This document shows, in pieces, positions 22,743 through 32,697 of a stretch of DNA of 64,000 nt; positions within the stretch are counted from its first letter, which is position 1; each line of letters opens with the position of its first letter. Position numbers and translations under genes: made by a program. Origin of the DNA: Spirochaetota bacterium. Its GTDB lineage: Bacteria > Spirochaetota > UBA4802 > JAFGDQ01. The DNA lies in the NCBI GenBank assembly GCA_043803405.1, contig JAZDKB010000027.1, positions 32,001 through 96,000 of the forward strand. The letters are read 5' to 3'. The notes under the pieces were generated by a model. That model was given only the letters and a program-made list of their open reading frames with translations. It made no database searches and was not told the DNA's origin.

Positions 22743-23603
22743 TTACGCATTATTTTTCTTTTCTATAAAATCCTTTAAAAATGCTGCCGCGTTTTCGCCG
22801 AAAATATTTTTTTTATCTTCCTCATTATTTATTTTGCTTTCGATCGAATCGAAATACCGCTTAAAGTCGATCAGCGGATAATCGCTGCCGAATAATATTT
22901 TCCGTGAACCGGTTATCCTTACGGCAATATCGAATATATCGTCATTATACAGATAATGAGAGGCTGCCGTATCATAATAAATATTTTTAAATACAGTCCG
23001 GACATTGTTGTTCAGTTCGTAAAAAAGCAGTCCTCCGCCCCAGTGAGCAAGTATAATGGTGAGGCCCGGGAAATCCTTTATAATAGAGTACAGTACGGAC
23101 AGGTCGGTGCAGTGTTTTCCGGTGTAATCATTGCCTACAGGCTCGCTCACATGCAGGCAAACAGGAAGGCTATGTTTCAATGCAGAGGCAAAGACTTCCT
23201 GTAAAATATCTGCGTTCTTGTATGTTAATCCCTCATTGTAAAATGCGATTTCTCCAATGCCTGCAAGGCCGATCTCTTTTATGTATCCTGCCCAGTCATC
23301 GGACTGATGTTTTCCGGTTAATGGTATTGAGCCGAACGGGATTATCCGCCTGTTTGACTCATTCATCGCCTTAACAAAATATTTATTCTGTTTTTCGCAG
23401 TATTTTTCTTTTTCCCACGGGAAGCCCATTGCAACTGCATAATCGATGTTCAGCTCAGCCATGGACTTTAAAAGGCTGTTATGGTCGATCACTTTCGAGT
23501 TTTCTCCGGAATAAAGCAGAGAGAACGACATATCGTCAAGATAAGCTGAACGGTTTTCTGTTACAGGGGAGTCGAAAATATGAGTGTGGAAATCGATTTT
23601 CAT
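22743..23603 (-). CDS. Amidohydrolase_2 family metal-dependent hydrolase
   Basis: IDFHTH, GIGEI, LAHWGGG, YYDTAAS, LFGSDYP. Confidence 0.9.
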   Translation of the reverse strand: MKIDFHTHIFDSPVTENRSAYLDDMSFSLLYSGENSKVIDHNSLLKSMAELNIDYAVAMGFPWEKEKYCEKQNKYFVKAMNESNRRIIPFGSIPLTGKHQSDDWAGYIKEIGLAGIGEIAFYNEGLTYKNADILQEVFASALKHSLPVCLHVSEPVGNDYTGKHCTDLSVLYSIIKDFPGLTIILAHWGGGLLFYELNNNVRTVFKNIYYDTAASHYLYNDDIFDIAVRITGSRKILFGSDYPLIDFKRYFDSIESKINNEEDKKNIFGENAAAFLKDFIEKKNNA

Positions 23604-23883
23604 TTTTATTTATTATACGGTTCTAAATTTTTTAGAAATACTAAAGTTGACTGATTTTTAAATGACATTATTAACTAGTAATAATTCAAAAACTGTGTCA
23701 ATATCATTTTCCCGTTACAGGAGTTAAATTGCGGCAGTTCATGGAAGATTAAATGAGTAAATTGCATATGCCGGCTGAAAGCCGGCCGGCGCCAGAGTTT
23801 TAAAGAGTTTAACCGGAACTCATCATAAAAATTTGAATAATATATCCTTAAACCGAAAGCTGATTATTATGAGTAGAAAGCAT

Positions 23884-25437
23884 TCAGTAAATGATCTCCC
23901 ACCATGCTATCTGGCTGAGATAATAATAATTATCATCTGATAACCAGTTTCCCATTGAAGCGCCCAGAATATCCATGTCACCATCGTTGTCTATGTCTGC
24001 CGCATCAAGGGAATACGCGGAGTGAAAATGCATATTGATTATATGCTCAGTCCATGAGTTGCCGGCTCCGTTTGTGTTCTCCCACCAAATTACCGTATCG
24101 CTGTTGCTTGCGGCTGTTGCAATGTCAATGTCGCCGTCGCCGTCTATATCTTTCGCAATCACAGTACGCCCGCCGTCAAGACTTTCATTATTCACAATGT
24201 GTTTTCCCCAGGAGGACGAGTTTGTATTTTCCCACCAGCATACATTACTGTTTTCGTATATTCCAAGAGAACTGTTCCATGTTCCGTACGATATGCCGAT
24301 AATATCAAAATCACCGTCACCGTCAATGTCTGCTGAATAAACTGCTTCCGCTGTGCTGAAGGTGCCGTCAATTGTATGCTCAGTAAAGTTGTCCTTCCAG
24401 TCGACAATCTCCCCTTTTCTGTTTTCCAGCATGGAGATTTTGCCTTTATTGTTTTCTGTATAGATTATATCGAAGTCCCCGTCTGCGTCAGGATCCGCGA
24501 TACACAGCCGCGTTATTCCCTTAAAATCAGCTTCAATGTTATCTGTGGTCAGTTTATGCTTTGTCCATGCACTCGCATTGCCTGCTGTGTTTTCCCACCA
24601 GCTGATCTCGCTGTTTTGTCCGGAATTATAATTGTCTTCGTAGGACGAGCCTGCAATGTCAAGGTCGCCGTCACCATCCATATCTGCTGCCTGAACAGAA
24701 TGCGCGCCTGCAAAAGATGCATCGACAGCATGAGGAGTCCATACATCTTTCCACGAACCGCCGTCTTCCCTGTGGTTTTCCCACCAGTAAATTCCCATGG
24801 AGTAAGAGTACGGACCTGCGCTTATAAAGTCAATATCGCCGTCACCGTCAATGTCCGCCGGTATTACGGACCAGAAACAAAAAGCGTTTTCTATTATTTT
24901 ATGCTCAATCCAAGATGTGCCGGTATTTTCAAACCAGATTATTTCTCCCTCCCAGTATGAAGCAGCTATAATGTCCATATTACCGTCACCATCAACATCT
25001 GCTGCAGAAACAGATTTAGCTCCGTCAAAATCGTTTTTCACTATGCTCATTACAGGGTATCCGACCTTTACTTCAATATAGTTCGACATTACTTTCTCGT
25101 CCGAAACCAGCCAGCGGCTTTCCCAAACCTTAAGCTTAACCGAATAAGTTCCTGCAGTATTATATGTGCAGACCGGGTTCTGTTCAGTAGAGTCAATTAT
25201 GCCGTCATTATCGAAATCCCATTCCCACGCCGCAATATCTCCGAAAGAGTGATCCGTAAACCCGACAGTCAGCCGCGCGTTGCCCTCAGTGCCCGAAGCT
25301 GTGAAGTCCGCGGCTACAGCAGGCGAAACAAAGTTATCGCTATCCGGATCACTAGAATTGTCCCGCTCCATGTCAAAATAGCAGGAAGCATTTAAAAGCA
25401 ACAGGGGAATTAGAATTATTTTTTTTAATTTTTTCAT
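23884..25437 (-). CDS. Lipoprotein with PKD domain and FG-GAP/VCBS beta-propeller repeats
   Basis: LNAS-C lipobox; WEWDFDNDG...QNP..TY..AGTYSVKL (PKD); about 7 repeats of ADxDGDGDxDI...WWEN. Confidence 0.88.
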   Translation of the reverse strand: MKKLKKIILIPLLLLNASCYFDMERDNSSDPDSDNFVSPAVAADFTASGTEGNARLTVGFTDHSFGDIAAWEWDFDNDGIIDSTEQNPVCTYNTAGTYSVKLKVWESRWLVSDEKVMSNYIEVKVGYPVMSIVKNDFDGAKSVSAADVDGDGNMDIIAASYWEGEIIWFENTGTSWIEHKIIENAFCFWSVIPADIDGDGDIDFISAGPYSYSMGIYWWENHREDGGSWKDVWTPHAVDASFAGAHSVQAADMDGDGDLDIAGSSYEDNYNSGQNSEISWWENTAGNASAWTKHKLTTDNIEADFKGITRLCIADPDADGDFDIIYTENNKGKISMLENRKGEIVDWKDNFTEHTIDGTFSTAEAVYSADIDGDGDFDIIGISYGTWNSSLGIYENSNVCWWENTNSSSWGKHIVNNESLDGGRTVIAKDIDGDGDIDIATAASNSDTVIWWENTNGAGNSWTEHIINMHFHSAYSLDAADIDNDGDMDILGASMGNWLSDDNYYYLSQIAWWEIIY

Positions 25438-25447
25438 ATTGTCTTTT

Positions 25448-25518
25448 GCCCCTCTACCGGACTACTGACGTTCAATACATATAGAAAAACTTCCGGGAGA
25501 GGGATAGGGGTGAGGGCA
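25448..25518. repeat. REP-like imperfect palindrome
   Basis: GCCCCTCTACCGG...CCGGGAGAGGGATAGGGGTGAGGGC between the two FG-GAP genes. Confidence 0.5.
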
Positions 25519-25591
25519 TTTTTTTAATTATTTTAATCAATTCACCCAAATTTACATTAACTATCTATGTATTATATATTCCTTTTAACTC

Positions 25592-27184
25592 CTAATCGAT
25601 ATCGAAAACAGACCACCACGCAAGCGAGCTGCCTGCATTTGTAAGATAATAACCGTTCGCTGCACCTGCCAAATCTATGTAGCTGTCGTCGTTTATGTCT
25701 GCTGCGAATACTGATGAAGCAAACGTAAATTCAGCATCGATAGCATGCTCTTCCCAGCTGTTCCACATACCGCCAATATTTTCCCACCATGCGATCTTGT
25801 CGCCAAGCCTGGACGCCCCCGCAATGTCCGGGTCGCCGTCGCCGTCAATATCAGCAATAAAGACTGACTGTGCTCCGAAAAAGTCTTCATCAATAGTGTG
25901 CCTTGTCCAGCCTATGCCTCCGCCGTCATTCAGCCAGATTACTATCTTGTCGTCTTCCCAGAAAGCGGATACAATATCCATGTCCCCGTCGCCGTCCATG
26001 TCAGCGATGCGGATATCCCTTGGCCCCCTCAGATAATCCGGTCCTGTGTCTGGCATGATCGTGTTTTCCGACCAGGTGCCTCCGCTTCCGTCATTATTTC
26101 TGAACCAGAGTATTTCACTATGCTCGTGCGTGGCTGTTGAATTTTCAATGTAACCATATACACTAGCTACGATGTCCTTATGCCCGTCGTTGTCAATATC
26201 CGCAATGCGGACGTCAGCCATGCGGCACAGGCTGGTTTTTATGCTATGTTCAATCCATGAAGTCCCTGTACCACCGTCGTTTTCCCACCAGCGTATTTCG
26301 CTGTTCTCGTATATGCCCGGCCCGCTGTTCCATGTTCCGTTTGAAGCGCCTGCAATGTCGATATCTCCATCGCCGTCAATATCGCACGCGTAAACCGAAC
26401 AGGCGCGGATAAAATTAGAAGCTACTTCGTGCTTTGTCCACGATTTGCCGTCCCCGCCCGCATCATCGCGCGGTGTCCCATCGTTCTCCCACCATACGAT
26501 TTCATCTTTAGAATATAGCGATGCAACTATATCCATGAAGCCGTCATGGTTTACATCTGCTGCATGTATCGAGATTGTGAAAAGAGGATGAGTCTCATCG
26601 GCTACTGCAATGATGTGTTCGATCCACTGACTACCGCTGTCAGTATTTTCCCACCACGAAAGTTTGTTATTCAAATAATTATTGTTATATTCGTTATCCC
26701 TCGAATAACCGCATATAAAATCTATATCTCCGTCATTATCAATATCAGCCGGGTACAGCGTATAGGGGCCTTCGTTGCCCTCAGATATTGTCCGTCTTTC
26801 CGGTGTACCGAAGGACACAGTTATCTGCTCTGTCTTTTCATCAGTGTAATGTCCAATAGATGTAACTTTTAATTTCACATTATATTTCCCGGCAGACGTG
26901 AATATATAGGAAGGATTTTGTTCCGTAGAATCTGTGATGCCGTCATTGTTGAAATCCCATTCACAGGATTCAATACTGCCGATGGAATTATTTTCAAAAT
27001 GCACGGTCATGGGCACATTGCCGCTTTTGGAGGAAGGAATAAAGGATGCGCTTAAAGCAGGCGGGGTAAAGTTATCTGCATCCGGGTCATTTGAATTATC
27101 CCTCGGCATTTCAAAATAGCAGGATGAAACATTCAGGAGCAGACAGATAAAAATGAATTTAAATATTAATTTAAATCCGTTCAT
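25592..27184 (-). CDS. Lipoprotein with PKD domain and FG-GAP/VCBS repeats (paralog of 23884-25437)
   Basis: ATG 27184 gives a signal ending VSS-C; same PKD + DxDGDGDxD/WWEN repeat architecture. Confidence 0.88.
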   Translation of the reverse strand: MNGFKLIFKFIFICLLLNVSSCYFEMPRDNSNDPDADNFTPPALSASFIPSSKSGNVPMTVHFENNSIGSIESCEWDFNNDGITDSTEQNPSYIFTSAGKYNVKLKVTSIGHYTDEKTEQITVSFGTPERRTISEGNEGPYTLYPADIDNDGDIDFICGYSRDNEYNNNYLNNKLSWWENTDSGSQWIEHIIAVADETHPLFTISIHAADVNHDGFMDIVASLYSKDEIVWWENDGTPRDDAGGDGKSWTKHEVASNFIRACSVYACDIDGDGDIDIAGASNGTWNSGPGIYENSEIRWWENDGGTGTSWIEHSIKTSLCRMADVRIADIDNDGHKDIVASVYGYIENSTATHEHSEILWFRNNDGSGGTWSENTIMPDTGPDYLRGPRDIRIADMDGDGDMDIVSAFWEDDKIVIWLNDGGGIGWTRHTIDEDFFGAQSVFIADIDGDGDPDIAGASRLGDKIAWWENIGGMWNSWEEHAIDAEFTFASSVFAADINDDSYIDLAGAANGYYLTNAGSSLAWWSVFDID

Positions 27185-27209
27185 ATAAATTACATCCGTG
27201 TTTTTGTTT

Positions 27210-27272
27210 TGGAACCACGAATACACACAAATAAAAATTAAAAAAATATATTCGTATTCATTCGTGGTTCCA
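27210..27272. repeat. Intergenic inverted repeat
   Basis: 13-bp perfect arms TGGAACCACGAAT...ATTCGTGGTTCCA around an A/T-rich loop. Confidence 0.65.
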
Positions 27273-27318
27273 TTTTTTAAAATCAAGTCAATTTATAAAG
27301 CCTGCCAAATTTTATATT

Positions 27319-28251
27319 TCAAAACTTCAGACTGACCCCCATACCCATAACAAGCTCCTGCCTGGGATAATTGATGTTGTATATCCGGATGCCTGCTTCC
27401 ACGCTGCCTGTGTTTTTAGTCGCGTCTTTAATGTTTCTAAAAACCGGTTTAGTAATAAACAGAACATCAATCCAGTTCGCAATGTAAACCAGGGAGCAAA
27501 GAACTGTCGCGCCCATGGCAAAATACCCGGCTCTTTTCGCACTCCTGTATTTTCTGTCGTATTCATCCGATCCGGCCTGCAGTTCCCCCAGGTCGCGGTA
27601 TTCTTCGCGTTTCTTTTTGTAATTGATGATTGAGCATATAGTTAATGCCCCGGTTGCAATAAATGAACTAAGAAATATCCAGCCCTTCTTTTCTTCTCCT
27701 GCATACAGCTGGCCGCATCCCGGTATAAAACTGACCGAATAATAAACCAGCGGCAGAACCGGCATTATGATCTCCTTATCCCCTTCAACTATCTTTCTTA
27801 TCAAATCCTTTGCAGTCAATTCTGCAGTCTTTATTACTTCGTCGTTATTTGCCGCTTTGCCTGTGGACGAGAACATCGATACGCTGCTTTTAATGTCTAT
27901 ATATCTTATTGTAATGACGATCGTTTGTTCAACGCTGTTAACTTCGCCGACTATAAGCTTTTCCGCATTCAGCATTTTGCCTATTTCAACAGCACAGGAC
28001 TGATCAGTGCATCCCGTCATCTGCAGCCCGTGCTCCTCAAGGATCGCTTTTATTCTGGTTCTTTCAACAACAGTGAAATTGCCTATGTTAACAAACTCGG
28101 ATCTGACTATATCCGTAACAGCATAAGATATGATATTGCTGACTCCGTTGGGATTCAGCTCCAGAACTGCAAGCGTAACAGATAAAGCCGGGGTTTTAAG
28201 CAACGTTATCAGGATAATTGCATAAAATATATGTATTCGCAGTTTGAACAC
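27319..28251 (-). CDS. CsgG/HfaB-like domain protein with C-terminal hydrophobic segments (DUF5683-like)
   Basis: Signal peptide; LAVLEL...FTVVERTRIKAILEE...CTDQSCAVEIGKMLNAEKLIVGEV; C-terminal SFIPGCGQLY..KKG plus hydrophobic helices. Confidence 0.78.
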   Translation of the reverse strand: MFKLRIHIFYAIILITLLKTPALSVTLAVLELNPNGVSNIISYAVTDIVRSEFVNIGNFTVVERTRIKAILEEHGLQMTGCTDQSCAVEIGKMLNAEKLIVGEVNSVEQTIVITIRYIDIKSSVSMFSSTGKAANNDEVIKTAELTAKDLIRKIVEGDKEIIMPVLPLVYYSVSFIPGCGQLYAGEEKKGWIFLSSFIATGALTICSIINYKKKREEYRDLGELQAGSDEYDRKYRSAKRAGYFAMGATVLCSLVYIANWIDVLFITKPVFRNIKDATKNTGSVEAGIRIYNINYPRQELVMGMGVSLKF

Positions 28252-28419
28252 AGACAGCTCCGGTATTTTAATATTACTTTTTTGTTATTATCAGGGATAT
28301 ATATGAGATTTATATTTTAGAATGAGAAGTCTTGTTTCTATATGATAGGCATAATTGAATATTTTTATCTTTATCTATCAAAGATATAAAAGTATAAATT
28401 AAAGGCAAGTATTTTATGG

Positions 28420-29145
28420 TTACCAGATTTCTTTGCTGACGCCGATATTTTCTGCAGCAGTGTTTATTATTCCATTGATTTGATCTGCTTCTTTAAAAGT
28501 ATAATTCTTATCGAATAATATTTTGCCGGTTTCGGCATTCGCTATGCTGACTGATAATAAATATGTATTGCCTGCCCGGCTCAGCCTTCCGGTAAGAATT
28601 CTGTTCACGCTTTTATCAATGCCGTCTGTTTTGCGGAAAACGACTGCAGCCGGCATTTCGCCTTTAAGGCGAGAGTATAATTTATCCGTAATATCCGAAG
28701 CAAGCTTTTCATCTGTTTTATCCGACAAAATCTGCGTAATGCCCAGCCTGTTCATTAACAAAGGCACCTTTGTTCTCTGCTCTTTATACGCATCAACCGC
28801 GGGTATTTTAACGGATATTTTATTATCATTAATTAATGTTTTTGGATTATTAAAAATAATTATTCCTGCTGCAGTAAGAATCCCGGCTGCAATCAGGGCA
28901 GCAGAAATGAAAGAAAGGGTAATCTCCGCCTGCCTTGCAGTCAGATTTACCCCGATTTTTTTTGTAAAGAAATAGAATCTGAGAACAGATCCATAGAAAG
29001 CATTATATTCCCCGAAATTTTTCAGCACGTTTACAGTTGTTTTTCTTTTAAAGGATAAGATCTGTTTCTGTATATCCAGCGGAACAGGCTGCCTTAACTT
29101 AAAGCGCCCCAGTATCTTTTCCAGTTTAGCGATATTCCCGTTCAT
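28420..29145 (-). CDS. Putative anti-sigma factor (one TM, extracytoplasmic CsgG/FlgO-like domain)
   Basis: ATGA overlap with the ECF sigma stop; single TM; C-terminal ILTGRLSRAGNTYLLSVSIANAETGKIL. Confidence 0.7.
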   Translation of the reverse strand: MNGNIAKLEKILGRFKLRQPVPLDIQKQILSFKRKTTVNVLKNFGEYNAFYGSVLRFYFFTKKIGVNLTARQAEITLSFISAALIAAGILTAAGIIIFNNPKTLINDNKISVKIPAVDAYKEQRTKVPLLMNRLGITQILSDKTDEKLASDITDKLYSRLKGEMPAAVVFRKTDGIDKSVNRILTGRLSRAGNTYLLSVSIANAETGKILFDKNYTFKEADQINGIINTAAENIGVSKEIW

Positions 29146-29657
29146 AAGAGGTCCTCAATATGTTTTATGCCTTTTCTCGAGAACTGATCCATTATTTTCT
29201 GAACTATCAGACCATACTTATACTGGACCTGTCTCTTGCTAAGACCAAGCTGGGAACCGGCCTGGCTGTAGCTGAAATTATTTATGGCGATAAGATCGAA
29301 TAAAACCTTATCTTCTTCCGTGTCGAACGTATCTGTTGATTCTATTATTTCATTTATTATTATCCTCGCATCCCTGAACCCGTTTACAAACGTAAGACCC
29401 ACGTCTTTAAAAATATCGTCGATCTTTGCGGACTTATCCCTTGCCCTGTAATGATCGAATACCGCAAGCCGCAAAGCGCCATACAGCCATTTTCTGTGGT
29501 TTTCGATCTCGTCGAATTTTTCAAAAAACTTGATGAATACTTCCTGGCATACATCATACGCGTCGTCCACATTATTGACTTTAGTATAAACTGCGCTATA
29601 CACGAGCGGATAATAACTGTTTACAGCATCCGTGAAACTATTCTTTTTGTCAGCCAT
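29142..29657 (-). CDS. ECF-type RNA polymerase sigma factor
   Basis: 171 aa; region 2 DAYDVCQEVF...KWLY...DHYR; region 4 HTH FSYSQAGSQLGLSKRQV. Confidence 0.9.
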   Translation of the reverse strand: MADKKNSFTDAVNSYYPLVYSAVYTKVNNVDDAYDVCQEVFIKFFEKFDEIENHRKWLYGALRLAVFDHYRARDKSAKIDDIFKDVGLTFVNGFRDARIIINEIIESTDTFDTEEDKVLFDLIAINNFSYSQAGSQLGLSKRQVQYKYGLIVQKIMDQFSRKGIKHIEDLL

Positions 29658-29671
29658 TGTATATTTGTATT

Positions 29672-29708
29672 ATAAGCGTAAGAAAAGCAGGGAATAATCC
29701 AAAAAAAA
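29672..29708 (-). promoter_or_regulatory. Putative promoter of the ECF operon, sharing TTACGCTTAT with array promoters
   Basis: Minus strand reads TTTTTTTTGGATTATT-ccctgcttttc-TTACGCTTAT, ending 14 nt before the ATG; no SD seen. Confidence 0.5.
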
Positions 29709-29834
29709 TTCCGGATTTATTAATTTATCGGGAAAAATCAGGATTATGGATATTAAAATGTTAAATATAAGAGTGATACTGGTTTTAATGATGCAATGCA
29801 GCTGAATTATGATATGAGTTGACCAGACTATGCT

Positions 29835-31109
29835 TTAACTGAATAACCGGATCGCTTTATTAATAACCGGATAAATCAGGAGTATTGAGCTCAATATTAT
29901 CAGGATAACGGTGGTTAAAATCCCGATAATGTTCTGAGCCTTATTATTGACATGCTCTCCCATTATTTCCGATTTATTGACAACAATTATCATACATATT
30001 AATACAACAGGCAGAAGTATTGCGTTTAATATTTGCGTCCAGATTGTTATATCGATTAATGGGGCATTCGGAATCAATATAATGACAACAGACACAAGTA
30101 TTATCAGAGTAAAAAGAAGATAAAACTGCGGCGCATCGCTGAACTTTTTATCGATCCCCGCCTCAAATCCGAAGCCTTCGCAAACAAAGAAAGCCGTAGC
30201 AAGCGGCAGTATTGTGGCGGAAAATATCGACGCAATAAAGAGCCCGAATGAAAATACAATAGATGCGAAATTGCCGGCAAAAGGCTTAAGCGATATTGCG
30301 GCGTCTTTTGCCTCATTAATCGATATGTTATTGACATGAAGCGTGGCTCCGCAGGAAATAATAATAAAAAAAGCGACAACTACAGTTGCAACAGCGCCAA
30401 CGACAACGTCCACAAGCACCAGCTTGTAATCCCCTATTTTAATTCCTTTTTCGATGACGGCCGACTGCATATAGAACTGCATCCATGGAGCAATGGTCGT
30501 TCCCACAATACCGAGAACCATGCCAAGGTAATTCTCATTATACTGGATTTCAGGGCTAATAATCGCATGCCCTATCTCTGACCAGTCCGGATTTGCAAGA
30601 AGTGCCGATATAATATAAGAAAACAGGCAAAAGCTGAAAATTAAAAATATTCGCTCTGATTTTTTATAATCCCATTTAATGACGATGATCCACACAGCAG
30701 CAGCCGAAACGGGGACAGATATATATTTGCTGACATCGAAAACCATTAAGCTGCCCGCAACGCCTGCAAATTCGGTTGCAGTGTTGCCTATGTTCGCGAT
30801 CAATAGGCACACGAAAATATAAAACGTGATTTTTACGCCGAAGTTCTCGCGGATAAGGTCTGCAAGCCCTTTGCCTGTCACAATACCCATTCTCGCATTC
30901 ATTTCCTGCACCGCAATAAGCGCAATAAAAGATGGAATAAGAGTCCATATAAGCTGGTAACCGTATTCGGCGCCTGCAACCGAATACGTAGTAATACCCC
31001 CTGCATCGTTATCCACACTTCCGGTAATAATACCGGGCCCCATCACGCTGAAAAAAATGAGGATATTTCTTATATATACATGCTCTTTTATCTTTTTCAG
31101 TAAAACCAT
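29835..31109 (-). CDS. NRAMP-related divalent metal transporter (Mg2+-type subfamily)
   Basis: About 11 TM; GPGIITGSVDNDAGGITTYS (not DPGN); GTTIAPWMQFY. Confidence 0.9.
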   Translation of the reverse strand: MVLLKKIKEHVYIRNILIFFSVMGPGIITGSVDNDAGGITTYSVAGAEYGYQLIWTLIPSFIALIAVQEMNARMGIVTGKGLADLIRENFGVKITFYIFVCLLIANIGNTATEFAGVAGSLMVFDVSKYISVPVSAAAVWIIVIKWDYKKSERIFLIFSFCLFSYIISALLANPDWSEIGHAIISPEIQYNENYLGMVLGIVGTTIAPWMQFYMQSAVIEKGIKIGDYKLVLVDVVVGAVATVVVAFFIIISCGATLHVNNISINEAKDAAISLKPFAGNFASIVFSFGLFIASIFSATILPLATAFFVCEGFGFEAGIDKKFSDAPQFYLLFTLIILVSVVIILIPNAPLIDITIWTQILNAILLPVVLICMIIVVNKSEIMGEHVNNKAQNIIGILTTVILIILSSILLIYPVINKAIRLFS

Positions 31110-31112
31110 TAT

Positions 31113-32405
31113 TTATGATATCTCCTCAGTCTCTTCCCTTATCTCAGGGAACACAGCTTCAAACGCGTCTTTCATCGTGATTATTCCGACAAGCTTATCA
31201 TTTTCGTTAACTACAGGAACAACGACAAAGTCGTACTTAAAAAATATTTTTGCTACAATGTCTACATGTGTATGAACCTCAACGGTGACCACTTTAGTAC
31301 GCATCAGCTCGCCAACTTTCTTGTCCGGTTCAGCAGTAAGAAGCTGTTTAAGTGTTACTATCCCGGCAATCTTCTCATCTTTATCAACCACATAAATATA
31401 ATATATTGTCTCGAATTCTTCAGCTTCATATTTAATGACGCTCAAAATATCCGCTACATTTATCCCCTCATTAACGGCAACAAATTCAGTGTTCATTAAG
31501 CTGCCGGCAGTGCGATTTGAATGCTGAAGCAGATCTTTTATTTGCAGCACGCTCTCAAGCGGCATTATTTTAAAGAGCGCGTTCCTTGTTTCCAGTTTTA
31601 TTTCAGCAAGAAAGTCTACAACCTCGTCCATAGGCATTTCATTCAGTATCTTCGCCAGGTCTTCCAGTTCCAGCAGGTCGGCAATCTGCATTTTAATTTT
31701 CAAAGGCAATTCCTGGAATGTCCCTGCTGCTGTCTCATTGTCCAGGGATAATATTACATTGATCTTTTCCTCTACCCCCAGATCTATAAGGATATCGGCA
31801 AGGTCGGCTGGGTGCAGCTCATTAAGTTTGGATACCGGCACCTTTAATGATAGGTTCTTTAATTTATCCGAATCGGCAAGCGGATGTACATATTTCCATG
31901 AAATGAACTTATCTTTTATTTCATAATCAAAAAGCCATTTTATAATACTCCCGAAAAATCCGAGCCATCCCAGCCTTCGGAGCAGACCTTTTATTCCGAT
32001 GTCGACATGAATGACCCACAGGCTCATTTTTTCGCGCAGCAGATGAAGGTCGTTTACACGTACGACTTTAGAACCGTGCGTATCAACAATCTGCTTGTCC
32101 CAGAATATTTCTTTTAAGCGGAGTTCATTGGCTGCAATACTATAAGACTGATTTATAAATTCGGCATAGTCCCCTATATTAATCGATCTCCCTTCATTTA
32201 TCGATTTAACGCACGACCACGGCAAACGGACGCGCGCACCTTTTTTTCTCCTCAGTATTATTGCGACAACGCGCGGATACATCTCCTTTAATTCAACCAC
32301 GAAGTCATCAATCATCCCGATTTTTTTTGTGTTTGTACTGTCGAGAATAGGCAGGCTGATCAGTTGCGAAAGAAAAGAAAAATTCGGAGTAACTGTATAT
32401 ATCAT
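31113..32405 (-). CDS. MgtE N-terminal/CBS-pair protein with PRC-barrel-like N-terminus, no TM domain
   Basis: DKQIVD..G.KVVRVND, LHPADLADI, TAGSLMNTEF, two CBS repeats; extended -10 TGCTATAAT at 32438-32446. Confidence 0.88.
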   Translation of the reverse strand: MIYTVTPNFSFLSQLISLPILDSTNTKKIGMIDDFVVELKEMYPRVVAIILRRKKGARVRLPWSCVKSINEGRSINIGDYAEFINQSYSIAANELRLKEIFWDKQIVDTHGSKVVRVNDLHLLREKMSLWVIHVDIGIKGLLRRLGWLGFFGSIIKWLFDYEIKDKFISWKYVHPLADSDKLKNLSLKVPVSKLNELHPADLADILIDLGVEEKINVILSLDNETAAGTFQELPLKIKMQIADLLELEDLAKILNEMPMDEVVDFLAEIKLETRNALFKIMPLESVLQIKDLLQHSNRTAGSLMNTEFVAVNEGINVADILSVIKYEAEEFETIYYIYVVDKDEKIAGIVTLKQLLTAEPDKKVGELMRTKVVTVEVHTHVDIVAKIFFKYDFVVVPVVNENDKLVGIITMKDAFEAVFPEIREETEEIS

Positions 32406-32697
32406 AATACAATCCCTGATTTTGCCGGGAATAACGCATTATAGCATAAGAAATTCATCAAAAATTAGTAAAGCGTTTGCATGTTATCAAGCATTTAATT
32501 ATTTTATTCGGGAAATGATAAAATTTAAAGAAAAAATTTTTTGCGAACGGATGTTCAACAGTAAATATTATGTTTATGCTAGGGCTTTTTGAAGGCTAGA
32601 ACAGTTCTTTCAATGTTCTGATATATAATACCTTTGCTTTCGCGTCAGCCGACACCGGAGCCGGCGGCTGTTATGCCACTATGGGGAATTCTGTTTT

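Noticed and set aside
32406..32697. M-box or yybP-ykoY riboswitch upstream of the Mg-transport pair
   Set aside because: No consensus elements recognised; an extended -10 only about 35 bp from the ATG implies a short UTR. An Rfam scan would settle it
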